From Histomonas meleagridis 2922-C6/04-290x (lineage: Eukaryota > Protista > Parabasalia), in contig JAANOX010000256.1 of the NCBI GenBank assembly GCA_020184695.1, forward strand, positions 248,001 to 312,000: 64,000 nt of DNA. Direction: 5' to 3'. This document shows positions 24,401 to 33,607 of this stretch, piece after piece (positions within the stretch are counted from its first letter, which is position 1; each line of letters opens with the position of its first letter). Under the pieces are notes generated by a model that saw only the letters and a program-made list of their open reading frames with translations, did no database searches and was not told where the DNA came from. Made by a program: the position numbers and the translations under genes.

Positions 24401-25447
24401 TCCATAGCTGATACAACGTATTATTTATCACAACTTAATCAACAAATCGAAAATCTTGAAGAAGAATATAACACGTTAAAATCCGAAGAAAAGAAATATA
24501 TTCCAAACTTAGTAAAAACTGATTTAATTGAGAATTATTATATTGAGCCGATAATCGAAAAAGATCCGAAAGATAATTATCAATCTATAGAAGTCCAAAC
24601 ACAAGAAAATGGTATAAGTTTAGAAGAACAACAAAAATCAATTAATAAAAATAACGAAGAGTTATCACATAAATTTATATTAGAACAAGAAAAGCAAATA
24701 CTTGATTCACAGTATCCAAAAGCACAAGAATTACTTAAAACGAATCAAGAAAAAGGAGAAAAACTTTTGTCGATAATGAAAGAAATGGAGAAAAGACTTG
24801 GATTAGTTGTACCAACAGAAGATACGACAAAAGCTTCAAGAGAAACACGTGTCAGACATAAATATTCCGAAATAATAAATGAGAAACAAGAACAAATAAA
24901 TGAATTGATGAGAAATATTAATGAAAGTAATGAAGAAATCGAAGAAATACAAAATCAAATTGATGACTTAAAATGTTATCATGAAATGATGAATAAAATT
25001 ATTCAAGACGCACAAAGAGAAGGGAAACCAAATGTTAAACAATTATGTTCAACGTTGGATATCTTAAGAATTATCGGGAAAAATAATAAAGAAAAAATTA
25101 AAATGTTCGAAATCGAAGATGAAATTATCGAACAAAAATTATATGAATTAAATGATATGTATTCCGATGAAAATTTAAGTCAATTGTCATTTGAAATTAA
25201 GAATTTGCAACAAATTTTAAGAAAACAAAAATCGTGTTTTAATCAGTTGCTAAAAATTAAAGTGCCAATAACAAATACAAATGAAATGAAAGAAATGAAC
25301 GAACAAATTAAAGAATATAAACTCAAACTTGTGGCATTAAAAAGAAAAGAAAGTGATTTAAGAGCAAAAGTGGAAAAGTCTATTAAAACTTTGAAATCTT
25401 ATAACTTGGAGATACCTGCGCCTCCTGTAAGAAGGAGAAATAAATAA
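21491..25447 (+). CDS. Large coiled-coil protein with internal N/K/S/E-rich repeats and a duplicated YDxxG-repeat domain
   Basis: 1318-aa ORF with heptad-rich N- and C-termini, 24-27-aa tandem repeats, and eight Y/F-D-x-x-G/N-x-x motifs. Confidence 0.85.
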   Translation: MSSLPILNSNSRIAMLKKQIADLKKENRDHVRDINKLMQSTSNILQANERLKQQIIYRKNQIESMHQDIENSPNEIKKAENERNRARHRFQKYQRQFTKSTKGVTIKKVKKEIHKLYQAIVKTRKETIEYRNKVDNETELINEIIKFNKLKKELIKMNQKLREEAFKILNSSEFRKFISKPENNEKLEQLRLSLLNTQSLYQENLYDSEHDEESSSVIAYFQRNEEIQKAFPIFNELESIFRGQQLTTTSQISDAQYQQLSELISSDESSISNQEQTSTLTKDISFNISQINDQNQDNNQFSKTYSFNKNNKVNNNVHISEKPHSDNELNSSSFYKKEMNSDTYHFQPYSFSKACDFYSYSDENDEIIHLKKPKTHKTKKRIKKKKHNSGKNVTKSSFNTDKENNLSKSENIKKKINNQNEKQNLSENNLSKSENIKKKIDNDKQNLKQNSNKENNLSKSENIKKKINNQNEKQNLSENNSDKGNNENKKQANKNIRSERPQQSEEIKQNLTESDSYDSTKENNKFTKSKKIKKNIYGVKQNTKQNSDNKENSQSDSSNSNEKNNNKKQIVEESDDNDNQSTISTVTIDSTQDNKLPLLKANSLTKIYPNDNKNNNINIAIDPMHKKVNKNLFHKSNSKIFKSEDSFNSEIIHTPSNIKKSKQSYSYNKGLKLLIKPIDYIQANRLYDSKGKEIENPIEIDANGKCINNEIYDKDGNKLNRYVKNKQIFDIKGNEYRNIIELDSKGNIKNSNLKVYDIEGKEVKNVPSFHRNTFELHDFYDSKGNKIKNPVFITPSGYCINRSIYDNKGNELFTIDIININNLQIFDSNFNKLNDIIQIDNNFNTKNKKVYDANGKEIRNILLNAEFHTSEIKQDSNYETETEAEYESEITEIKTENPNKIKEIESINMKEENSETETDSIEENQIQQKSNISKSKTKKENNSFILETKWANGLLKDAISSQLTRTDLHLSIADTTYYLSQLNQQIENLEEEYNTLKSEEKKYIPNLVKTDLIENYYIEPIIEKDPKDNYQSIEVQTQENGISLEEQQKSINKNNEELSHKFILEQEKQILDSQYPKAQELLKTNQEKGEKLLSIMKEMEKRLGLVVPTEDTTKASRETRVRHKYSEIINEKQEQINELMRNINESNEEIEEIQNQIDDLKCYHEMMNKIIQDAQREGKPNVKQLCSTLDILRIIGKNNKEKIKMFEIEDEIIEQKLYELNDMYSDENLSQLSFEIKNLQQILRKQKSCFNQLLKIKVPITNTNEMKEMNEQIKEYKLKLVALKRKESDLRAKVEKSIKTLKSYNLEIPAPPVRRRNK
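22697..22930 (+). repeat. In-frame coding tandem repeat (72, 81 and 72 nt units; ENNLSKSENIKKKI...)
   Basis: GAAAATAATTTATCTAAATCTGAAAACATAAAGAAAAA starts at 22697, 22769 and 22850. Confidence 0.9.
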
Positions 25448-25639
25448 ATGTTTCTAAATTTGTAATTTTTCTTCGAAATGCTTTTATGAACGTATCTTTA
25501 GTGTTCAAATGATAGATCATACAAATAGAGAAATTATACTTTTTTAATATTTAAGTGTTATGCTTATAAAATATTGTTTATATAAATAATGTCAATAAAA
25601 TATTTCATATAGACATAAATTGATGAAAAGTATTTAACT

Positions 25640-25903
25640 TCATCTTTTAATTTCCAGAAGAACAGCAAATCTAATATAATAATTACAAAAACATTTACCA
25701 TCCATACGATGCCTTGTTCATGTGCATGCGCATTGATGCCAACGATAATGAACGCGATATTCTCGAAACAATCCATCTCTTTGTCGAATTCATGGACGCA
25801 TAATGGGAAAGTTCATGAAGTAGATTTACTAATTGGCTTCCATAAAGTGTATATAATGATTGATGAATTCATTGTTGCTGGTGGAATTGGTGAATGCAAA
25901 TAA
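25640..25903 (+). pseudogene. Decayed clathrin adaptor (AP complex) sigma subunit
   Basis: YDALFMCMRIDANDNERDILETIHLFVEFMDA, then a frameshift, then NGKVHEVDLLIGFHKVYIMIDEFIVAGGIGECK*. This mirrors the sigma-adaptin core (DNEL..LE.IH.FVE.LD.YFG.VCELD..F.F.K.Y..LDE). Confidence 0.75.
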
Positions 25904-26035
25904 TTGTAAACTGATTGAAACATTTAGATGCCCTTGACTAAACCAAAAACATTTAGTTTTTCTTTGTTGACATTCCAACTTAAATTTCATGTTAAATTTA
26001 GGCTAACTTATGCAAGTCATTTTAAAATTTTAATC

Positions 26036-26400
26036 TTTAAATCATTAAAATAAATATTAAATAAAACAAATTGATATTTTTAGCATTAATATCATTTCTT
26101 TTTTGTTCAAGAAGGAACTTAATAATTTTTATATCATATGCAATCGTATGTGCTGTTTTAAATAAGTCCCAAATCTTATTTCAAAATATCAAATCATTAA
26201 ATTAAATTCAAAATAAAACATATAAATATTTTTATCATCAATATCAATTCCTTGTTCAAGAAGTAACATTCCAAGATGGCAAAATAAGCGATGTTTCAAA
26301 TAATTTAAATAATTTCCAAATATTATTTTGAAATATCAAATTATTAAAATAAATTTCAAATAAAACAAATAAAAATCAGTAAAATTGTATTTCTTTGTTT
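26036..26400 (-). pseudogene. Degenerate ankyrin-repeat fragment carrying 17-nt spacer cassettes
   Basis: Minus strand reads ...TSLILPSW / LLLEQGIDIDDKN ... TAHTIAYDIKIIKFLLEQKRNDINAKN, with cassettes at 26374-26295, 26227-26157 and 26075-26036. Confidence 0.75.
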
Positions 26401-26701
26401 TTAATGATTCGATTTCATTATTTAAGTTTTCGATTTTATATGTAAATTTAATTTTTATTTTGTTTAGCTTGAGATAAATCTAATGTTTTTACTATGATAT
26501 TATTATATAATTTGATTCTTGATTAACTAAAGTATTAATTTCAATTTGAAGTTCTTCAATCTTTAAATTTATCCTTTGATATCTTCACATTAAATCAAAA
26601 AGAAAAAGTATCAAATCAAAAATTAATGCACATGAAGAATTAAAAAAAAATTACAATATAATAATATATATTTATTAATAATATTTTATAAAAGTTATAC
26701 A

Positions 26702-27940
26702 TCAAATGAAGATGAAGTTCCAATATTTTCCATTCAACTTTTTGATTGGCGAATTCAGAAACGCCATAATGATACAGAAGAAGTTCATAATGCACATCGA
26801 ACAAGGGAAATCCAATTTGCAGAGTGTTTGGTAATCTTTTAATTCATTTACAATAATTTTCAAAGATATCCAAGCAATTAATGTGAAAGAGATCCAAAAT
26901 ATATAATTTTGGAGTTTCATTTCTTTTACATAATTAAAGTTCTTTAACGCTTTAATATATGTAAACATCAATTTAATAAGATAAACGAAATCAAAAACAT
27001 TTAATACTATGTCTAAGGAAATGTTTTGAGATTTATTTATGAGAATTTCTTTATAATTTATTTCTTTAAAAACTTGACAAAAAAGTTTAATTCCGAAATA
27101 AATAGCAAAAAAAATTAAATTTGATAAATAAAAACGTCTCAAATTGTTATTCACATTATGTATAAAATCATAAAATATAATAATCGAAAAAAATCGAATA
27201 TATGTTGAAAATAATGATTCAATGATGATGTCATAAAATTTGTTAATTGTTGTAGACCTAAGAACAAAAAATGGTTTGTTGTTTAATAGTGTTATTATTA
27301 TAAGAACCAAAGTAAGTTGTTATTCAAATTTCCATTTCCAAAATGATCGAGATTTTAACTTTAAAGTTATGGTAAAAATACACAACGTTCCTATTGCAAT
27401 AAGACTATAAATGAAATATAAAAAGGATAAAATGTTTCTGCAATATTGTTGACTCCCAAATTCAATTGAAATTAATGAAGATTTTGGCACTAAAAAATTC
27501 CTTGGAACTGAAAGATTAACTGTAAGTCTACAAGATTCTAAGTATCTGGAATAAAATATAAGAGGATCTTTGTTATTAACTTGCTTTGTATAATTTCGAT
27601 TATTCCCATTATTCAAATTCAAGACGACACTAACATTTATTGGATCTTGTACGTTATAGTTTTGGAGCATAATTCTGGAAAATCGGTTAGTATATAATAA
27701 TGTTTCAGAAAATTTTTGCGAAGAGATATTGCTCTTCCGTACAGGTTTCATTAAGAGATACCTTGTACATATTGATGACTCTCTTGGGTTTTGAATTCCG
27801 ATATGTATACTTATTCCGAAAATAATAACAAAAATAACGAAACAATATGAACTTCCAATAAAACTATCTGCTACTAATGTTTCCATATCCTGGTTTTCAA
27901 CAAGTTTCACATCAATCATTAATGAATTTTGGTTAAACAC
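26702..27940 (-). pseudogene. Multi-pass membrane protein (Wntless-like trichomonad family) with one in-frame TAA at 27320-27322
   Basis: ORFs 27320..27940 and 26702..27310 are in the same frame, separated only by WKWKFE*QLTLVL. A lumenal domain is followed by about six hydrophobic helices. Confidence 0.6.
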
Positions 27941-28606
27941 CGATTGGATACACTTTTGCCGATAGTGTAGGTTTTTGTTTTGATCAGATCAAAATAAACA
28001 CAATTGAAATGTAATGCATTCAATTTAACGTCGAGGCATTGGCCGAATGTAACGGTTTGTTTTATCTATTCTTAATTTTACATAAAAAGTAATTTTGCTA
28101 ACCGTATAAACTATCGGCAAGAGTGCGTGTACACCAAATTCGAGTTATACTAATAATTCCTTTCAGATTGACTAGATCAAAACAAAAACATTATTGCAAT
28201 AAAATGACGGTTTTCTATCGGAATAAACGATCATTAAGCAAATCAAAAACACCAAAAATAAAAATCGGCACTTTCTATAAAAACTACATATTAAACTCGA
28301 CCCGCGATTTCCACCCATCGTATATAGCGATCATCCTACGATCTTGATATCATAAATATATAATATATATACATTATTACATCTATGATTAATATAAATC
28401 TAAGAATAATATCATAATTAGCACAAGATAAATCTATTCTTTCATTCCAAAAAGTGACGAAGATCGACTTTTGCATGATTTATATCAAACGATAGAGGCA
28501 ACGATAAGTGACGATAGTAACAAATTTGAATGATGGTAAATGTTATCAAAATTTTACCCGTTCCTCGAAAAGATACGTTATTTATTTACATTATTGTTGC
28601 TAATCC

Positions 28607-28643
28607 GGGATATTTTTTTTGCCCTGGGCAAAAAAAATATCCC
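28607..28643. repeat. Perfect 18-bp inverted repeat with a 1-nt centre
   Basis: GGGATATTTTTTTTGCCC-T-GGGCAAAAAAAATATCCC. Confidence 0.9.
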
Positions 28644-29209
28644 AAAATCATTTGAGATTTCTGTAAACAAAAAATGTGGTTTGTCAAAAAACGTTACCGG
28701 TACCTGACGAATATTTCTTCAATGAAAAGTTAAAATATTATATTTGTATATAACACTAGCTATGTAATATTTAAAAACATTGTTTTATCATGTTTGAATA
28801 TATTATATATTAAGATATTTTGAATTTTTTTTTATTTTTAATTCAATAGTTTATGTAATTTTTGGATGTAAAATGATCGACTTCTTTCAAATACATATGT
28901 TAATATCTATAAAGAAATATGTTATAATTCCTTTAATTTTAATTACTATAATTTCAATCAATGATGTAATTTTGAAATTATGTATTGGCCTTTAAATTTT
29001 TGAGTTGCCAAATCCAAAATTTATAATGATGAAATGATTAAATTTGCAAATTTTTTAGTGCCATTATTGAATCAAACATATCAATTCTGGTATGTCTGTG
29101 CGCTATCAGTCTCATATGTCATTCGTTTTGTTGGAATTGATTAGTAGTATATCAAGTTGAGTTACATGTAATTCGTTTGTTGGTACGATGGTAAATTTCA
29201 ATATCATTC

Positions 29210-29445
29210 AATTAGCCTGTATCGTTACCCAAGTGGCTGTATTCAAATTTGAATTAAAATACGATCAGAAATCACTCAATTAGCCCATATTGTTACCCAA
29301 GTTGCCCGTATCGTTGCCTCAAACGATTATATTCAGAAAATCATTTAAATACTTAAGATATCTTAAGATATGGGTAACCGTATTCTAGTTGAACTATTGT
29401 TGCCCAACCTGGGCCATCGTTACCCAAAGAGGTTTTATTCAGAAA
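29210..29445. repeat. Cluster of GTTACCCAA/GTTGCCCAA motifs (subterminal-repeat-like)
   Basis: The motif or a near match occurs near 29225, 29293, 29315, 29398 and 29418, inverted (GGGTAAC) near 29372; TTCAGAAAATCAT occurs twice. Confidence 0.55.
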
Positions 29446-30702
29446 ATCATGTCCGATACAAAAAAAAACGGCTTTTAGGTTATTGTTGCAAAAATCATTA
29501 GTTATTACTGTTTATACAAAAATCAAAATTATAAGTGAATTTATTCAAACAGTAAAATTTTGGTGAGGAAAAGTGAACTGATATGACTTCATTTTTGATA
29601 TAAAGTATTGAATTCGGCTTTACCCATTGGGTTGGGTTTTCATTATCCCTGGAGAATTGAAAAAAATTAGCATCATTATTTACATCATTGTAATTTGTCA
29701 ACAGCATAATTAAATGATCCATGGTTTGTTAGAAAATAAAAATATCGATATTTTATCATAGAATCGTGATTTGTTATTTATTCCAAATAATTATATGAAA
29801 TCTTGATTTTCTTGAAATTATTTTATTTATGAATTTATTGAAAAAATGAATGATGTGATAATATTCGTAATACCTTAATGATGTACTGTGTCAGTACACA
29901 TTCTTGAAATATCCGAGTACAAACGATACATTTTTTTCTGAAAAAACGATTATTGATCATTGAATTTATTTGATGATTATTTTTTAATTTTTGTATTTTA
30001 GCAAAATGTTCAATTTGATTGAATAAATATCGATACAAATGCAATTTGCACATTATCTTTAAAATACTGACTTGAGATGCATTCATCGATTCCTTTTATC
30101 TCATATTACTCATGTGCTTTCAAATTTTAAATATATTACATTTTTCAATTTATTTGACATTCTATGTAATGTTGTTAATTTCTCTATTTTTCCGAATATT
30201 ATTCAATACCACAGTTTCTTGAGCTTAAGCTTGCAAGCTTGATTCTGAAATTGTTTTTGAGAACGATACGAGCTGATTGAGTGATTTTTATTCATTCACT
30301 CATTCAAATTTGGCTTCGAACCGCTGTAACATGTATAATGATATCAATAACTTATAATCGGATTATAATCGTATATGGAGATCATCATACGATCTTGATA
30401 TAATGGATATATAATATATAAATACATAGTTGCATCTATAATTAATAAAAAACTAAGAATAATATTTTAATCTATTAAGAAATTAAAAATTCAGAAATTA
30501 TTCGGGAAATGATGAAATATCATTTATTTAATTATATAAAATCTTGATATTAAATTCTTTTCAAACCTATCGAAAATATTAACGAACTCAAAAAAATTCA
30601 AATTTATTCGTGGCATATTCATGTAATTGTCGTATATAAGTTATTTTCGATATGTGAATGCACATTCGGGCATACATTACCTATTAACTTAATTCAAACT
30701 TA

Positions 30703-31225
30703 AGTTTTTATTTTAATAATTTGCTATATCAAAATAATATTTGGAAATTATTTAAATAATTTTGGACAGCACTTATCTATGCATCTTCAAATGGTAATAT
30801 AGAAATAGTTAAATTACTTCTTGAACAAGAAGGAATTGATATCAATGCTAAAGATAAAATTTATTTGTTTTATTTAAAATTTATTTTAATAATTTAGAAT
30901 TTAAAAATAATATTTGGAAATTATTTAAATTATTTCAAACAGCACTTATGAATGCATCTTATAATGGTTATACAGAAATAGTTAAATTACTTCTTGAACA
31001 AGAAGGAATTGATATCAATGCTAAAGACATTTATTTGTTTTATTTAAAATATTTTGAAAAAATATGAAATTTCATATAAACATTTGGAATTACTTATAAA
31101 CATATAAAACAGCGCTTATGATAGTATCAGAAAAGAAAAATGCAGAAATTATTCGATTATTTGCAGCCAAAATTCAACATCATAAATGTGACGACATAAT
31201 AAAATTAAAAGATTCTCAAGGATAA
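30703..31225 (+). pseudogene. Ankyrin-repeat gene fragment (three repeats) with loop codons split by 17-nt spacers
   Basis: TALIYASSNGNIEIVKLLLEQEGIDINAKD (30766-30855), TALMNASYNGYTEIVKLLLEQEGIDINAKD (30939-31028), TALMIVSEKKNAEIIRLF... (31109-31225). No 5' part is recognisable. Confidence 0.85.
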
Positions 31226-32152
31226 AAGAGTTAATATTTAAATATTGAAATTAACATTTCCTATATTCAGTTTGTTTTCATATATTATTATTAACGCATT
31301 TCATTTGATTAATTTTAATTTTTGAATCAAAATTTGATAAATAGAATATTTTATATCATATTTCATTGTATGATTTTCATATAATTTGATGATAATTTTT
31401 GTGAAAAAAATGATGAAAATTCATAACGACAAAAAATTAATTATTATTCATAGTATTATTTACTCTTAAAGTTGAATGGATATCTATTGAGTACACCTTG
31501 TCATTACTGAACATTACAATGAGAAACAGCCCAATACGAAAATGATAAATTACGATCAATAATTTGATTTTTTGTGAAAAGATATCTTTAAACCGAATTA
31601 ATAGGAAAGGTTTTTTGTCCTTTGAAATCCCAATGGTTTTGTTAATGCTAGAATGTTTCATTCACATTTTTTGTATAACTTTGAAATCTTATGTGTATGC
31701 TTGTTTTATTTATAAAATTAAATGAACCTAAAAAATTTATTTTTATATAAGGCTTCATTTGTATTAACAGGATAAATTTTGTATCAATGCGTAATTCAAT
31801 GTAAAATTCTGGAATTCGCAATTATTTTTAAATCTAGCCATTGAACCATCCACTTTTTGATTGATCTGAGGAGTGCCCCATTCATCCAACAAAGATCCAT
31901 AATGATAATATTAATTTAAGAAATAAAAACAAGAGAAAAAACAAAAACAACCAATCAAATTTCAATGGTACATAACACATTTTATTTTTTCTTCTGCAAA
32001 TATTCAATCATATATTTATTATTTAAACCAAGTTTAACAAAATAACAAATGATCAAAGTACTTACAAGAAATTTCTTGAAATGATACACTTTGACTTTAC
32101 TTTTTCGTAAAAATATTATCTATAGGTATTATCTGGGTAAATAAACTATTTT

Positions 32153-32737
32153 TTAACAACACTGTTGCTTCTTTTTTGATAACTTAATTGGTACTTCATT
32201 TCTTTTTTCATCAGATGTTGAGTCATCCTTTGGCGAAAGCTCAAAAATATCTTTGGTAACTGTCGAAAACAAGAAGTCAACATTTTCTCTTGTAACTGCT
32301 GATGTTTCAATATATTTTGCTTTGTGAGCTTTTGCCCATTCTTCAGCTTTTTCATTTGAAACTTGAGGAGATGGAAGATCAGTTTTGTTACCTACCACAT
32401 AGCATAACTTAATTTCTGTTGCACTGGAGACAAATTCGTACCAATCATCAAGTTCTTCAAAAGATTGTGTGCAAGATTTATCAAAAACAAAGATAAACGC
32501 AATGGTATTACGAAGATAATTTTTAAGCATTGTTTTGTATGTTGTATTTCCAGGCGTGTCCCAGAGCTCCACGTTTACCTTTGTATCAGAAATTACTCTT
32601 GAGTATTTTAATAATGTTGGTTGAATTGTAGTATATAAATCTACAACAGAGCTATTTTCTATGATTTTAAAAAGGGACGTTTTTCCAACGTCGGGGTTTC
32701 CAATCACTAATACTTTTCCTGTGATTTCTTTCGTCAT
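32153..32737 (-). CDS. Rab-family small GTPase (divergent)
   Basis: GNPDVGKTS, WDTPG, GNKTD, ETSA and a C-terminal CC prenylation motif. Confidence 0.92.
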   Translation of the reverse strand: MTKEITGKVLVIGNPDVGKTSLFKIIENSSVVDLYTTIQPTLLKYSRVISDTKVNVELWDTPGNTTYKTMLKNYLRNTIAFIFVFDKSCTQSFEELDDWYEFVSSATEIKLCYVVGNKTDLPSPQVSNEKAEEWAKAHKAKYIETSAVTRENVDFLFSTVTKDIFELSPKDDSTSDEKRNEVPIKLSKKKQQCC

Positions 32738-33607
32738 TGGTTCTTTTTTATATTGCCTATGGTTCTATTGAAAAAATGACCACAATAAAACGGTTTCTTT
32801 CACAGTTGTTTCATTTCTGGCAAAAATCAAACAATTTTTTAGAGTCATATATAAAACGAGAATGCACAATAACAATATTAAATGTTATCTTTTTTGATGT
32901 TTTTACAAATCTCTTTTTTCCCGAATTTATATCTTATTGTAATGAGATAGAAAGGCAAAACCTTTTCCAGGAAAGCGCGAATTTTTGAATAGATATAGAA
33001 AATTGAATGAAAGGGCACGCTGTTTTGAATGATTTTTAGGGTTGTGGTCCTTCCCAAGCTGGTTTCCATCGATTTAGGGAAGAATTACAATAGAAATTTA
33101 TAACTGGGAATGCACTGTTCATTGCAATAATAAAAACAAAAAAATAGTCTGATTACATTGTTGCGAAAAGCAATACATCATACATAATGAATGCATTCAT
33201 GATTAAGCTCACTAACAAGCAATAAAGATTCAATATAATTTTTCTATTAGAGTTAGCTAACAGTGCAAATTCTAATGATTAATTTTTTATTTGAAAGTGG
33301 AACATCACTTTTATTTAACTTTATACCTGAGCTAAAAAGCACATGAGCAAGGTTAGCAAAATGATAAAAAATAATACTTAAAGACAATCTCAAGATGATT
33401 CAATAATTAATTTACAAATATTTTAGTTTTGCTGCATAAGAAGATTTTCAGAAAAGGCAACATTGTGCATGTTGTTGGTTTGTTTTAATTGGAGTATAAC
33501 TTGTTTTTTATGTATGTAAGATTGCTTTTGGGTGTTTTAATACTTTACATCACAAAAAAACAACGGAATGACCGTTTATATTTTGGGAAAGTGACACAAA
33601 AGCGTAG

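Larger units (their letters stand above)
28333..30466 (+). repeat. Diverged direct repeat pair of about 80 nt (28333-28415 and 30385-30466), probable mobile-element remnants
   Basis: ATCCTACGATCTTGATATCATAAATATATAATATAT...CATCTATGATTAATATAAATCTAAGAATAATAT vs ATCATACGATCTTGATATAATGGATATATAATATAT...CATCTATAATTAATAAAAAACTAAGAATAATAT. Confidence 0.6.

Noticed and set aside
2686-27322. Alternative genetic code (TAA/TAG read as Gln) suggested by isolated in-frame stops at 2686, 27320 and 59200
   Set aside because: Conserved genes (NSUN2, QTRT1, Rab) end at TAA or TAG at the expected positions, and long ORFs are free of internal TAA.
30867-30942. Canonical GT-AG intron from the conserved GTTTTA in spacer S1 to the ACAG at the Thr-Ala codons
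   Set aside because: It removes 76 nt, leaves the downstream repeat out of frame and destroys the Thr codon. The 59627-59548 junction has no AG there, and no trichomonad branch-point/3' motif is present.
31029-31108. Alternative parse of the cassette as a 51-nt plus a 17-nt insertion around a TTT-GGA micro-exon
   Set aside because: The 4 x (17+3) parse fits all full cassettes, gives better ankyrin consensus residues (K/E-D/N/E-G), and explains the junction that is exactly 17 nt shorter.
31029-31108. Classical matched-codon ribosomal bypass (T4 gene 60 type)
   Set aside because: Take-off codons (GAT, AAA, GAA, GGA) do not match the landing triplets, which are mostly TTT. Unmatched skipping is not excluded.
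30703-31108. CRISPR array
   Set aside because: Eukaryotic context, no cas genes, degenerate 17-nt units and 3-nt intervals; the resemblance is only superficial.
31790-31900. Short minus-strand coding-like fragment (HYGSLLDEWGTPQINQKVDG...)
   Set aside because: No start codon, family match or continuation could be identified.
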